In this document: one piece after another, positions 21,078 through 33,980 of the stretch
Numbering within the stretch: position 1 is the stretch's first letter
Layout: every line of letters begins with the position of its first letter
Assembly (NCBI GenBank): GCA_965112735.1
Contig: OZ218950.1
Coordinates: forward strand, 6,138,001 to 6,202,000
DNA from: Phaeosaccion multiseriatum
Taxonomy: Eukaryota; Protista; Ochrophyta, other classes
Length of the DNA: 64,000 bases
Reading direction: 5' to 3'
Translations under genes and position numbers: made by a program
Notes under the pieces: generated by a model
Database searches by the model: none
Told to the model about the DNA's origin: nothing
The model's input: only the letters and a program-made list of their open reading frames with translations

Positions 21078-24000
21078 TATACACACACCCAGCCACCCAC
21101 ACACACACACACATGCACACGCACATGCGCACACATGCACACGCACACGCACACGCACACACACACACGCACACACACACGCACACACACACACACGCAC
21201 ACACACACACACGCATACACACACACACATGCGCACGCACACGCACACACACACACGCACACACACACACACACACACGCACACACACACACACACACGC
21301 ACACACCCACACGCACACACACACACACACGCACACACGTCTCACCTGCTTGGCCTGCTCCATGAGGGCGAGCTTCTCCTCGAGCAGCGTGTGAAGGTCC
21401 GTATCGAGCCTGCCCAAGCCCGCCCTCCCGAGGATGTCCGTCACGGCACTCAGCACCGAGGTAGGGCCGAGGGGACCCGACGCCGGCACCACGGCCCCCG
21501 TCCGCTGCTGTAACACCAACTGCTGCTGCTGCTGCTCGCCACCCATCGTGGGATTGCTGCTCCCCGACCCAGATGCCCCGCCGGGCCCGGGGAAAGAAGC
21601 AGCAGCAGCAGAAGTTGGTGATACAGCTGCCGCCGTCGTCGTCACGCTGCCCAGGATGGAGGCCGCCTCCGCCTCTCTTGTGCGTCGCATCGCCTCCATG
21701 TATGCCGCATCCGCACCCCCCCCTCCTCTCTGTCCACTGCCATCCCCTCCCCCCTGTCGGGGACCGACAGGACCGTCTTCCTGACGCCAGGTATTCCGCG
21801 CCGCCCTAAAGGCGTACAGACGAGAAGCGGGCATGCTCTCGATTCGGTCGGGGAAGAGCCGCACTCGGAAGGAGCGGATAACGGAGGTGGTGCTATCTAC
21901 CAGCTGTGAATCTGCTTCTGATGCTGATGCTGCTGCAGCCACTCCTCCTTGCCCCCCTCGCTCTCCTTCACTCTCTCTTCCTCCTTCGCCTCTTTCCATA
22001 GACAGAACCACTCCGTAGCGGAGAGTCCCAACCCCATTCGTGCCCCCCTCAGTAGGGGCCTCAGTAGAGTCCTCATCCAGCCACGCCACGACCTCGTTGG
22101 CGCTGTAGACCTGTGGCAAGGGCAAGGGAAAGGGCAAGACGAGCAAGGCAGACAAAGGAAGGCAGTCAAAGGAAGGCAGTCAAAGGAAGGCAGTCAAAGG
22201 AAGGCAGTCAAAGGTCGGAGTTACAGAGAGCCCATCAGTCGGTTGTTAAGCGCTGTGAGCTGTGTGTATGTGTGTATGTGTGTGTGTGTGTGTGTGCGCG
22301 AAGGTGGCTCTGCTATTTGAGTTCTCCCTCACCTCCCTCCAAAACCCTCACCCCCACACCCTCACACCCCACCCTCACACCCCACCCCATCCTCACCCCA
22401 TCCTCACCCACCCACCTTAAGCGGCTTGAGCTCCACTCGATCCCTATCCAACCCCACCAGTTCCTTCCCCGGTACCCCTCTGCTCAGCTCCTCACTCGCC
22501 GCCTCGTCTCCCGACAGCCGCAACAAACGCAGCACATGCACAATGCCCTCGGCCTCCGAGGCAAGGAGCGCTGCAAGGGGACCCATGGCCTCTTCCGGTA
22601 GGGACAAGATGGACCCCACGGCAAGGGCGGTCACGTAGGCCGGGGAGATGGTGCCTGGTGTCAGGATGCCTCTAGCCACGAGGATGGTTGGGCCGATGGT
22701 CGTTGGGCTGTGCCCATCCCCTCCTTCCGGATCGGAGGAGCGCACGAAGAACAAGCTTCCCTGTTGTGTTGTGTTGTGGTGGGTGGGGAAGTAGGTGTGG
22801 TACAAGTGGGACGTACTATTAAGTCAGACTACGTAATGTTAAAGTCAGAGTAGGTAAGACGTAATAAGTCAGATAAAGTAAAAGTGGGTACAAGGGAGTG
22901 GTAAGATGGTAAGATGGTAAGATGGTGTTGGTGGGAAGGGAAGTGAGTGTCATTTATGTTGGTGGTGGTGGTGGTGATGGTGGGGTTTCGGTTGTGAGTG
23001 AGTGAGTGAGTGAGCGAGTGGGCGAGTGAGCGAGTCGCACGAATAGAGTGTAGCAGAGTGTCCCGCAGAGAGGGTTGCGAACCACGATACACACACGGCC
23101 ATGTATGATTCAACACCCACCCATCCACCCACCCATCCACCCACCCACCCATCCACCCACCCACCCATCCACCCACCCATCCATCCACCCACCCATCCAC
23201 CCACTCACCCACTTACCCACCCACCCACCCACCCACCCATCCCATCCCACTCACTCACCTCCGCTCCGGTTGCCGAGGTAATGTCTGTCTGCCCCCCGCT
23301 GCCGCCCCTTCTCAAGAATCTGCAGCGAAGGCTGCGCACAAACAAGACGGTAGAGTTCGACAGCCGCCTGTGCGCCAATAGAGCAAGCTGCTCCGGCCCG
23401 GAGGGTAAGGAGGGTGATGGTGATGGTGAGGATGAGGATGAGGATGTCCCGGGGACACCAGTGCTGCTGCTGCTGTTGGTGGTCGCGGTGGTGCTGTCGG
23501 TGTATCGCATTTGAAGGCAGGCGATGCCCAGGGACAGCTCCTCCGATTGAAGGGTCCTGAGGAGATTGGAAGAGAGAGAGGTGGAGTAGGGAGAGGAGAG
23601 AGAGGGAGCGAGGGGGTGGGGAGGGAGAGAGAGAGAGAGAGCCACAGGGTGGGGAAGGAGAGTGAGAGAGAGCACAAGAGAGAGATGGAGATGGAGAGGG
23701 AGAGGGGGAGGGAGAGGGAGAGGGAGAGGGAGAGGGAGAGGGGGAGGGAGAGGGAGAGGGAGAGGGAGAGGGAGAGGGAGAGGGAGAGGGAGAGGGAGAG
23801 GGAGAGGGAGAGGGAGAGGGAGAGGGGGAGGGAGAGGGAGAGGGAGAGGGAGAGGGGGAGGGAGAGGGAGAGGGAGAGGGAGAGGGAGAGGGTCGTCATT
23901 GGCAGGGTAGGGAAGAAAGGAGGAAAGGAAGGAAGAAAGAAGAAAGAAAGATGGTCAGGATGAAGGCAAAGCGTGAAGAAGTGTGTAGCACTCCGTTATA

Positions 24001-26818
24001 CCTCAGCGTTTTACACACACACCTACTTGGCAGACACACACACACACACACACACATGCACACATGCACACGTGCGCACACACACATATAGTACACACAC
24101 ACCACGGTCACTACCCTAAGAATATGTACATGTTCCATAGCATGCCTACCTGGTGAGAGCGGTCGCCTCTTCCTCCTCCCCGAGGAACATGTCAGGCTGG
24201 AAACCCTCCTCCAGCTCCTCAGAGACAACCTCACTCACAGAGGCGATGGAGAGCACACGGCATGTCGGCAGCAGAACCTTGGGGTGCACCAGCTGAGGGG
24301 GGAGGGGGAGGGGGAGGGGGAGGGGGGGGGGGTTGGGCTCACTCAAGTCACTCACCACTCAAGTCACTCACTCACTCACTCACTCACTCACTCACTCACT
24401 CACTCAAGTACTCACTCACTCACTCACTCACTCAAGTACTCACTCACTCACTCACTCACTCACTCAAGTCACTCACTCACTCATGGATTGGCTGGCAGAG
24501 ACCAAAGCCAACAGAAACCCCTGTACCTTGATCGTCAGACAGGAGACAACAGCACACCGACCCGACCGCTAGATGACCAACCCCTCTACCTTGAATAGTC
24601 CCGGGTCCACCCTCCCCTTGAGCCAGGCGGAGTCGTTGAACAGGCACACAGAGCGAGGAACAAGCGCGGAGTGTTCGTCGGGAACAAGGAGGTCGGGCAG
24701 GTGCAGAGGGACACCCGTCGATGCTGCTGCCTCCACCTCGTGGGCGAGGAGCTGCACCACCTTCAGCACCGCCTGGGGAGAGGGTGGGGGGGAGGAGGGG
24801 GAGGGGGAGGAGGAGGAGGAGGAGGAGGAGGAGGAGGAGAAGGAGGGGGGGGGGGAGGAGAAGGAGGAGGAGGAGGAGGAGAAGGAGAAGAAGAAGAAGA
24901 AGGAGGAGGAGGAGGAGGAGGAGGAGGAGGAGGAGGAAGAGGAGGAGCAGGAGGAGGAGAAGGAGGAGGAGGAGGAGGAGGAGGAGGAGGAGGAGGAGGA
25001 GGAGGAGGAGGAGGAGGAGGAGGAGAAGAAGGAGGAGGAGAAGGGTGAGGGAGGAGGTGTGAAGGTCAGAGGCTGTAGCTCAAAGTTGAGGCCGAGCCCT
25101 TTCTCGTAATTTTCTCTCCTCTTCTTCGCTCAATTGCAAGCCCTGTAGCCTCCCCCCCACCCCCTCTGACCCTCTCTCTCACCGAAAGCTCGTTGGGATT
25201 TAGAGACTCCCCTCCACACTCCGCCCACAGCTCCTCCAGGAGGGTGGCGTAAGTGGCTGCCGACGGGGCCTGCGTAGTGCCCAGGGCCTTGAAGAGCGTG
25301 TCAAAGGCACCGAATGCACGGGGGACCTCAAAGATGAAAGGGGATAGGTCCTCCTGGTAAGGGCGAAGGAGCAGGGGAGGGAGGAGGGGGGGAGGGGAAG
25401 GAAGGGAGAGGAGGGAGGGAGGGAGGGAGGGAGGGGAAGGGTGTCTTGTGGGATTAACAAAGGGAAAGGAAAGGAAAAGCTAACCCCCCCCAATACTCCC
25501 TTTCCCTCCCCCCTCCTTACATAACATGTCCCTTGACGTCACAAACGCAACCCCCTACCACCCCAATGCTCCCTTATACCCCCCCCCCCCGCTACCTAAG
25601 ATGTTACATAATGTTACGTAGTGTGGCACGCACTACCCCCAAATACTCCCCCCCCCCCACATGTAACATATTACTTAATGTTACATATATACCTGCAGGC
25701 GGAAGAAGAGCCTGCTTGCCTTGACGAGCTGCCCCATCACAGGCACCACTGGCACCTCTCTCAGGCCGTCCTTCACACCCGGGCTTAACACGGCCCAGTG
25801 CTCTCCCAAGAAGGCGAAGAGAGAGGCGAACACCGCAGAGGGGGGGTCGGAAAAGGCCCAGCGGTCCAAGCTACTGCCACTGTTGGTAGTGGTGGTGGTG
25901 GTGGTGCTGTTGGTGGTACTGGGGCCAGTTGTAAGTGTTGGGGAGGTGAGGTGGCGGATGTGGCGTAGCACGTGCTCCACGGCAGGGGGTGAGGTGATAC
26001 CCAACCTAAGGAGAGGAGGGGAGGGGAGGGGAGGGGAGGGGAGGGGAGAGAGGGGAGGAGAGGGGTGGGGAGGGGAGGTGAGGTAAGAGGTGCATGGGCA
26101 TGGGTATGGGCGGGTGAGCCTCGGTCTGGCACGGACTAACGGAATCTCACACATGACAAATGACACACAAGTGACAGTGAATCACCACCTCCCCCATCTC
26201 CCCCACACACCCACCCACGCACACATCCAGTGGATCATGGACTCACCTGGACCACACGAGCTGTGGGGGCAGCAGTTGGTTATCCAAGAGGGGCAGCACT
26301 GTAAACACCAAGTGAGCGTCCTTGGGCACCGCGGCGTCGGCGAAGCGCACCAGCAGACACCCTCCTCCACCACGTCCACTGCCATCCCCTCCTCCTCCTC
26401 CTCCTCCTCCTCCTCCTCCCTCCCCCCTTCCTCCATGAGCGCTGCTGCTGCTGCTGCCTAGCGCAAGTGCCGGTTGCACAGGCACGCAGTAGAGCCCCCT
26501 TAACTCTCTCAAGAAGCCATCTGTGAAGAAGTCGTGCCCCCCACCCCCCCGCCACTGCTCCACAAGGGCTCCGATCAGGCGGGAGGCGCGAGAGGATACC
26601 GATGCGGAAACCCTCCCCTCCATCCCATCCACTGCCATCCCATCAACCCCATCTGTACTGCCGCTGCTGAGGAAAGCTGTACGTTGGTTGGGAGAGGGGA
26701 GGGGAGGGAGGTACGATGGCCATATGGAGGCATATGGAGTAGGGGTACGTGGATCAATATCGGGAAGCGAGGAGACACACAGAGACAAGGGTTCTTCACA
26801 CACGTGCCAAAACGTGCC

Positions 26819-26851
<33 letters not shown>

Positions 26852-29800
26852 ACACGCAGGCCCCTTCTCTCTCTCCCTCCCTCCCTCCCTCCACACCCCC
26901 CACCTTGGCTGGAGAGCTTCCTCGCGCAGTCGAGGAAGGTATTGGGGTCCATCTTATTGCGTAGCCCAACATCAGCAAGCAAAGACAGCCACTCCTCCGC
27001 CTCCGCCTCTAACGATGTAGAGACCCCCCCTCCCCCTCCCCCTCCCCCTCCCCCCCAGCCCATTGCCCCTCCTTCAAGAGGAGGGAAGACTTGGGGTTCG
27101 TCTTCGAATATGTCTCTGAGGACGGCGTTGCGGGGGTCGAAGAGCTCGTCCGCGCGGGTAGGCACGCCGTTCACCTGACATGGGGGATGGAGGAGGAGTT
27201 TGAAGTTTCAGTTGCGTTAGAACCCGCCCAATCAATGGCTGGCCCCGAAAGGAGCGACCCGCAAAGTTAAGCCGTCCTGCCTAAGCTGTCCTGTCCGTGT
27301 GGGGGGACAGACGCCAGTTTGGCGCACTTGGGAGGAGCGGCACCAGGGTAAGCGGAGGAGGGTCAAGCATATGCCGATATGCTTGTCATTGTCGAGATAC
27401 TAGAGGTCCTGGTCTGATCGATGATGGCATCGACACCTCGCATCGAAATGCCATCAAACTGAGACCGCGTGAATTACCGCATCGAAATGCCATCAAACTG
27501 AGACTGTGAATTACCTTGAGCAAGGGCACGGTCCTCATGGCTGCGATGAGAGTCTCGTCTGTGCGGAGCTCTGCCCAGTTCGACCTGAGAAGGGGGGGGG
27601 TGAGTGGCAGTGGATGGCAGTGGATGGCAGCGGATGGGAGGGGCAAAGCACGGAGGAGGAGGAGGAGGAGGAGGAAGGAGGGGGGGGGCGAGAGGGAGAT
27701 GGATGGCAGTGGATTGGAGGGGGAGGGCAGGGAGGGCCAAGAGGCAGAGTGAGAGGGGCAGGGAGAGGGATAAGGATGGCAATGGATGGGAGAGGGATAA
27801 GGATGGCAGTGGATGGGAGAAGGATAAGGATGGCAGTGGATGGGAGAGGGACACGGAGAATCGCCATCGCTTCTGTTCCCTTCCATCCACTGCCATCTCT
27901 TCTGTTCCCTTCCATCCACTGCCATCTCTTCTATCCCCTTCCATCCACTGCCATCTCTTTCACCCCCTTCCATCCACTGCCATCTCTTCTATCCCCTTCC
28001 ATCCACTGCCATCCTTTCCATCCCCTACCACCCGCTGCCATCCCCCTCCCCTCCTCACCGGATGTGCTGTAGCAAGAGCTGCTGGTCCTCCTCACACATG
28101 GCGGCGAACTCGGGTAGCACCAACTTGCCCACCAACGCACTGAGCGTTACCGCCTCCACTTGCATGTCCCTTTGGGGGGGGGGGATGGCAGTGGATGGGG
28201 AGGGGAAGGGAGGACGTAAGAGAGAGAGAGAGAGGGAGAGAAAAAAAAAAGTACACGAGTACAATAGGCACTCCGTGGTTGGCCCTGTCCGTCCACTGCC
28301 ATCCACTGCCATCCCGTCCCCCCCCTCCTTACCTGTGGAGATCCCTGAGCTCCGGGCGGTGCTGCAGAATACGATCCCTCGCACCTGCCGGCAGAGGAAG
28401 CTCAGCCACACCGGGGCAGTTCTCGAGGGTCATGAAGTCTGCCCCCGTCCCTGCGATGCTCACACGCTTGCCTGACAGGGTTTCCCACACCGGGAGCGAG
28501 CGGAGCTTGCCCAGGTCCGAGGCGGAGAAGACGATGGAAGGCACACTGCTGGATGGCTGTTTGAGGGAGGGGAGGGGAGGGGAAGGGGAAGGGAAGGGAG
28601 GGGAGGGAGGGGATGGGAGGGGAGGGGAGGGGAGGGGAGGGGAGGGGAGGGGAGGGGAGGGGAGGAGAGGGGAGGGGAGGGGAGGAGAGGGGAGGGGAGG
28701 AGAGCGGAGGGGAGGAGAGCGGAGGGGAGGGGCGGGGAGGAGAGGAGAGGAGGCGAGGGGATGGGAGGGGAGGGGAGGGGAGGGGAGGGGAGGAGAGGAG
28801 AGGAGGCGAAGGGATGGGAGGGAGTGATGGGTGTCAGAGCAGCAGTGTTGCATCACTACATTACAACAGTGTTGCCGATAGAGAGTGGGGGAGAGAGCTT
28901 TACATGCCCTCCCTCCTGTGCAAAGCAGAGCAGTTGGTGATACAGAGCAGGGCAGTGCAGAGCAGTTGATGATACACTGTAGCCGCAGAGTTCGCTCGCT
29001 CTGCCAGCACAGCCCGATATCAAACCAGTGTCAGATAGAGAAAAAGTAGTACCAGATTGAAACAGATGCCCAACCAGTGCCAGATTGAAATAGATGCCCA
29101 ACCAGTGTCAGATAGAGACAGATACCAACAGGAGAGATACCCAACCAGTGTCAGATAGACATAACATACCCAACAAGCGCAGATAGACAGACACCCAACC
29201 AGTGTCAGATAGACATAACATACCCAACCAGTGTCAGATAGACATAAGATACCCAACAAGCGCAGATAAACAAGCGCAGATAGACAGACACCCAACCAGT
29301 GTCAGATAGACATAACATACCCAACCAGTGTCAGATAGACATAAGAAACCCAACAAGCGCAGATAGACAGACACCCAACCAGTGTCAGATAGACATAACA
29401 TACCCAACCAGTGTCTAGAGAGACACCCTCCCAGCCAGATAGATACCAACCCCTCCCAGCCAGATAGATACCCAACCTGAGTCAGGGCCAGCACGAGTGC
29501 ATCTTTGTCACTGTCGCTGATGGAGGGCCATCGCAGCCTCAGCGGTCGACCCCTGTCATCCATGCTGTGCGCGTGATGATGGAGCGAGGAGGGGGGGGAG
29601 GAAGGCAGTGGACGGCTGGGGAGGATGGCGTCATCGCCTCTCCTCAAACCATCCCTCTTGGCCTCCTCGTGCCCTTAGAACGAGGGGGGTACGTCAACGA
29701 AAAGAGGCGTATGGGCAGAGGGGGAGGGGGTTAAGTCAATGAAGAAAGGCGTATGGGCAGAGGGGGAGGGGGTTAAGTCAATGAAGAGAGGCGCATGGGC

Positions 29801-31762
29801 AGAAGAGGGGGGGTTAAGTCAATGAAGAGAGGCGTATGGGCAGAAGAGGGGGTTAAGTCAATGAAGAGAGGCGTATGGGCACAGAAGGGAGAGCGATGGG
29901 CCACAGAGGGGTCAGTGTGTGGGCAGAGCAGAGGGACAAGGGTGGGGGGAGGGGGGAGTCCTTGTTTTCGAGCCCGGGCAGCAGGAACAGCAGCTCATCA
30001 CCACCACCACCACGACCACCACACGCTCCCGTCGTCACCATCTATCTGTCTCTTACCATCGCCCTCCTCTGTAGCAGCAGCAGCAGCAGCCGTTGGTGAC
30101 ACATCATCATCAGCAGCAGCAGCAGTAGCCGTAGCCAGATCCAAGAGGAAGGGCGACGCCTGAATGGCCCTGAGTGTGTGCAACGTATGCAACGCCCCCC
30201 TCGACACGTCGCTGGGTTCCGCAGCCACAAGGGCCGGGTGCTGCTCCACAGGGAAGAAGGCAAGCTCCAGCACAGGGGCGGCCAGGCGGTGCAGGAGGGT
30301 CTGCAGTACAACGAGACGGGGCGGCTCGTGTACAGCAAGGTTGGTAGCGGACATCACGCCTCCGCCTCCTCCTCCTCCTCCTCCTCCTGCTCCTGCTCCT
30401 CCTCCTCGTCCTCCTCCTCCTCCTCCTCCTGCTACTGCTCCTGCTGCTCTTCCTCCTCCTTCCGTCCCCTCGCCCAAAATAACATTTACCCTAGCATGTA
30501 AATCCGCCATGGCCGCTCCTCCCACCGTTTGCAGAGTTTCGAGCAACTGGCTCAAGCCGTCCGCTTCTCCATCCGCTGCCATCGCTGGGGCTGGCGCTGC
30601 TGTATGACCACCTGCTGTGGCTGTGGCGGGGGCAGGGCTATGTCCCTCTCCCTCTCCACTCGAGCCCCCTACTAAGGCAACGGCGGCTGTCCTTCCCAGA
30701 GAGTCGTCGTCGCCAACCGGCACGGCAATAGCCACAGGCAGGCCAGCATCAGCAGTTGGTGGTACAGCAGCAGCAGCAGCAGCAGGGGAAGCTGACGGAG
30801 GCCCGGCTCTGACCCCGTTTTCTCCCTCTCTGTTGGTTCTACTCGTCCCTCCCTCACCTCCTTCTGCTTCCCCCTCCCCTCCCTGCTCCTCCTTCCCCTC
30901 CTCCTCTTCTTCCTCTTCGTCCTCTTCCTCCTCCAGCTCAAGATCATCCATCTCTGCATCCCCTCCTCCCCCTCCTCCTCCCTCCTCCTCCCTCCTCCGC
31001 CGCCTCTCCTCCTCCTCCTCCGCCTCTCCCTCCTCCCTCTCCCTTTCCTCCTCCTCCCCATCCACTCTCTCTTGCTGCCTCAGGCAACGCTCCACCTCCT
31101 CTCTCAACTCCGCATCCGCCATACTCGCACATCCCTTAAACACATGCGACACAAAGCCACAAGACACAAGCTCTCCTGTCGTAATGGGCACCAGCGGCCA
31201 CTCCGCCAGCACCCCCATCACTGCCGTGTCCAACAGCGATACCTCTGCCCACAGAGCCGCGATCCACCCCAGGGTCGGCCCCCCGTCTTGCGACCGAACC
31301 ACCCCTCCATAGCGCCACTCCTCCGCCCCTGCTCCTGTACCTGCCTGTGATGCCTCACCCTCACTATTCGAAGGCCGCGCCGTATCACCAACTGCTGCTG
31401 CTGCTGCTGCTGCTGTATCACCTGGATCACCAACACTCACTGCAGAGGTGGAGGAGACCGAGGTAACTGCCGTGGCTTGTGGGGCATAGTCGCCAGCTGT
31501 GGGGCATAGTCGCCAGCTGTGCGCCGCCAAAGGATGCCTCCAGCGCACAAACGTCTCATGCCTCCAGCCCTCAGGTACAGTGGCGCCCACCCCCTCCGCC
31601 AAGAGCAGCGGCGAGAAACGCTCAATGTGCATGAGGGAGCAGAAATCTTCATTGGCCAGCCAGGGCCCCAGCCTACGCATGGCATGAGCCGTGACCAATC
31701 TGTGCCCTTTGAGCGCGGCGAGGAGTCTCTGCTGCCGGCGAGAGGCGAGAATGAGGCTCTGC

Positions 31763-31797
<35 letters not shown>

Positions 31798-33941
31798 ACC
31801 GCCGCCGCTACCACCCAAGCCGGTCAAGCCACCCAAGCGGCTCGACAACGAGTTGGTGCTACTGTTCGCCTTGTTGCCCCCCAGGCAGCCCAGGCCACTG
31901 AGAGTGGGCATCAGACAGGTACCCAAGAGTTGCCTCCACTTGGCCTTGGCGAGGGTGAGCCTTCCCTGGGCCTGTGCCCTGTCCATGTCCTGTGTGGGTG
32001 CGTGTGCATCGCTGAGACAGAACAGTAGCAGCTCCAAAGCGAGGTCATTCTGAGACGCGTCGCCCGAGGGGGTCGCTTTGGGGGTGGGGAGGAGGAGGAG
32101 AGGGAGACGGAGGAGGGGGAGGAGGGGGAGGAGGGGGAGGAGGAGGAGGAGGAGGAGGAGCGGGAGACGGAGGAGGGGGAGGAGGGGGAGGAGGAGGAGG
32201 AGGAGGAGGAGGAGGAGAGGGAGACGGAGGAGGGGGAGGAGGAGGAGGAGGAGGAGGAGGAGGAGGAGGAGGAGGAGGAGGAGGAGGAGGAGGAGGGGGA
32301 GGAGGAGGAGGAGGAGGAGAAGAAGAAGGAGGAGGAAGACGAGGAGGAGGAGGGATCAGGTTAAAGAAACCAAAAGGAAAGCAAACAAGCCTCGCATGGG
32401 CAGCACACGCACAGTCCACTCTCTCTCTCACGCACACACACACGCACTCACACGCGCGCACACGCATACTCATATACACACACGCACACCTATATACACA
32501 CACACACATGCATGTACACACATGTACACACACACACACCTTTGAGAGGGTTTGTCCTGAGGAAGAGCCGTACGGTCTCCGGAGTCAGCCGCCGCACAGA
32601 GCTCCTTCCACCAGCAGCTCTTGCACCAGATGCTGATACACCCGTTGGTGACACACCAGGGGCCGTCGCCAGTGGTGAGGAGGAGGAGGAGGAGGAGGAG
32701 GGGTCAGAGCCACAAAGGTCGGCAGCGACGGTGTGCGGCACTTCAAAGAGAGGGAAGTGCCTTCGGATATGCGCCTCCACAAGGGGGGAGAGGGGGGCGC
32801 CCTTGAACAGGCCGTCGGTTACAGAAAGAAACTGTCCCTGCTGAACAGACGCAGCGTGGGCCGGAGCCTGCGAATGTGGCAGAGACAGCGACTGAGACTG
32901 AGCCTGCTGCCCATATGCTGAAGATGACAACGGCCCACGTGACTGAGACTGCCGCCCGTACGACTGCGCAGATGATGATGAGGATAAGGACGAGGACCCG
33001 CTACCCATATGACTGCTGCCCATATGACTGCTGCTGCTGCTGCTGAGCAGGTAGAGAGGGAGGGCCTCCAGTCGAGCCCGCATGTCCACCCCGGGGGTGA
33101 GGCCCAAGAACGGCTGCTTCAGTCGAATGCGCAGCGGCCAGAAGCGATAGAGTCGGTTGGCAGTACGGCGATCTCGATGCTCCTGCAGCGTCTTGATGTC
33201 GGTGAGCAGCTCCGGGATGAGGTCAGTGCACACACTCGCCCACATGGCCCTGTTCCACAGCCAGGGAGCCACGCTGAGGGTGTCGCGAGGGCTGAGGCCT
33301 GAGGGGTGGTCAGCGCCGCTCGTCACGAGTCTTCGTTGTCGCCTCTTTGTCGCCTTCCTCCTCCTCTCCCCCCTCGCTGCTCCTCCTCCGCCTCCGCCTC
33401 CTCCTCCTCCTCCTCCTCCTCCTCCTCCTCCTCCTCCTCTCCCCCCTCCTCCTCCTGCTCCTCCTGCTCCTCCTGCTCCTCCTCCTCCTCCCTGGTCCTG
33501 CTGCGGGGGGCTATTGAAGACAAAGAAGGGCCCGTCAACATGGAAGGGCAGCCCCGTGCACACAGACGTGTCTTGCCCCACAAAGAGTCTGCCGCGTGTA
33601 GGGGGAGGGCGGTCGGAATCGCTGCGAGGGGCGAGAAGGGGGGGAGGGAGGGAGGGAGGGAGGGAGGGAGGGAGGGGTAGGTAGAAAGGGGGAGAGAGGT
33701 CGATCAAGACACACGCGGAAAGAGTTAGGGCGAGAGAGAGGATACCTACCTACGTTTTGACGTTTTGGCACAGGGGATATCACCTAATTTTTGGTTGACA
33801 CTCGATACTCATCATTGGCAATCCGATCCTCGGCGAAGATGTACAGAGGTCTGAAACCGTAAGATGTCCAGAGGTCTGACACCGTATGAAATCGCACAAA
33901 CAACCAACTGTCGCCCATACCACTCACCTGGTGCTCAGCGC

Positions 33942-33980
<39 letters not shown>

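Noticed and set aside
27405-27500. Hammerhead ribozyme (CTGA...GAAA words)
   Set aside because: The core is CTGATCGA rather than CUGANGA, and the required stems cannot be drawn.
33780-33900. Intronic C/D snoRNA (ATGATGA on the minus strand)
   Set aside because: No matching downstream D box or terminal stem was seen; the region is a 24-bp tandem duplication.
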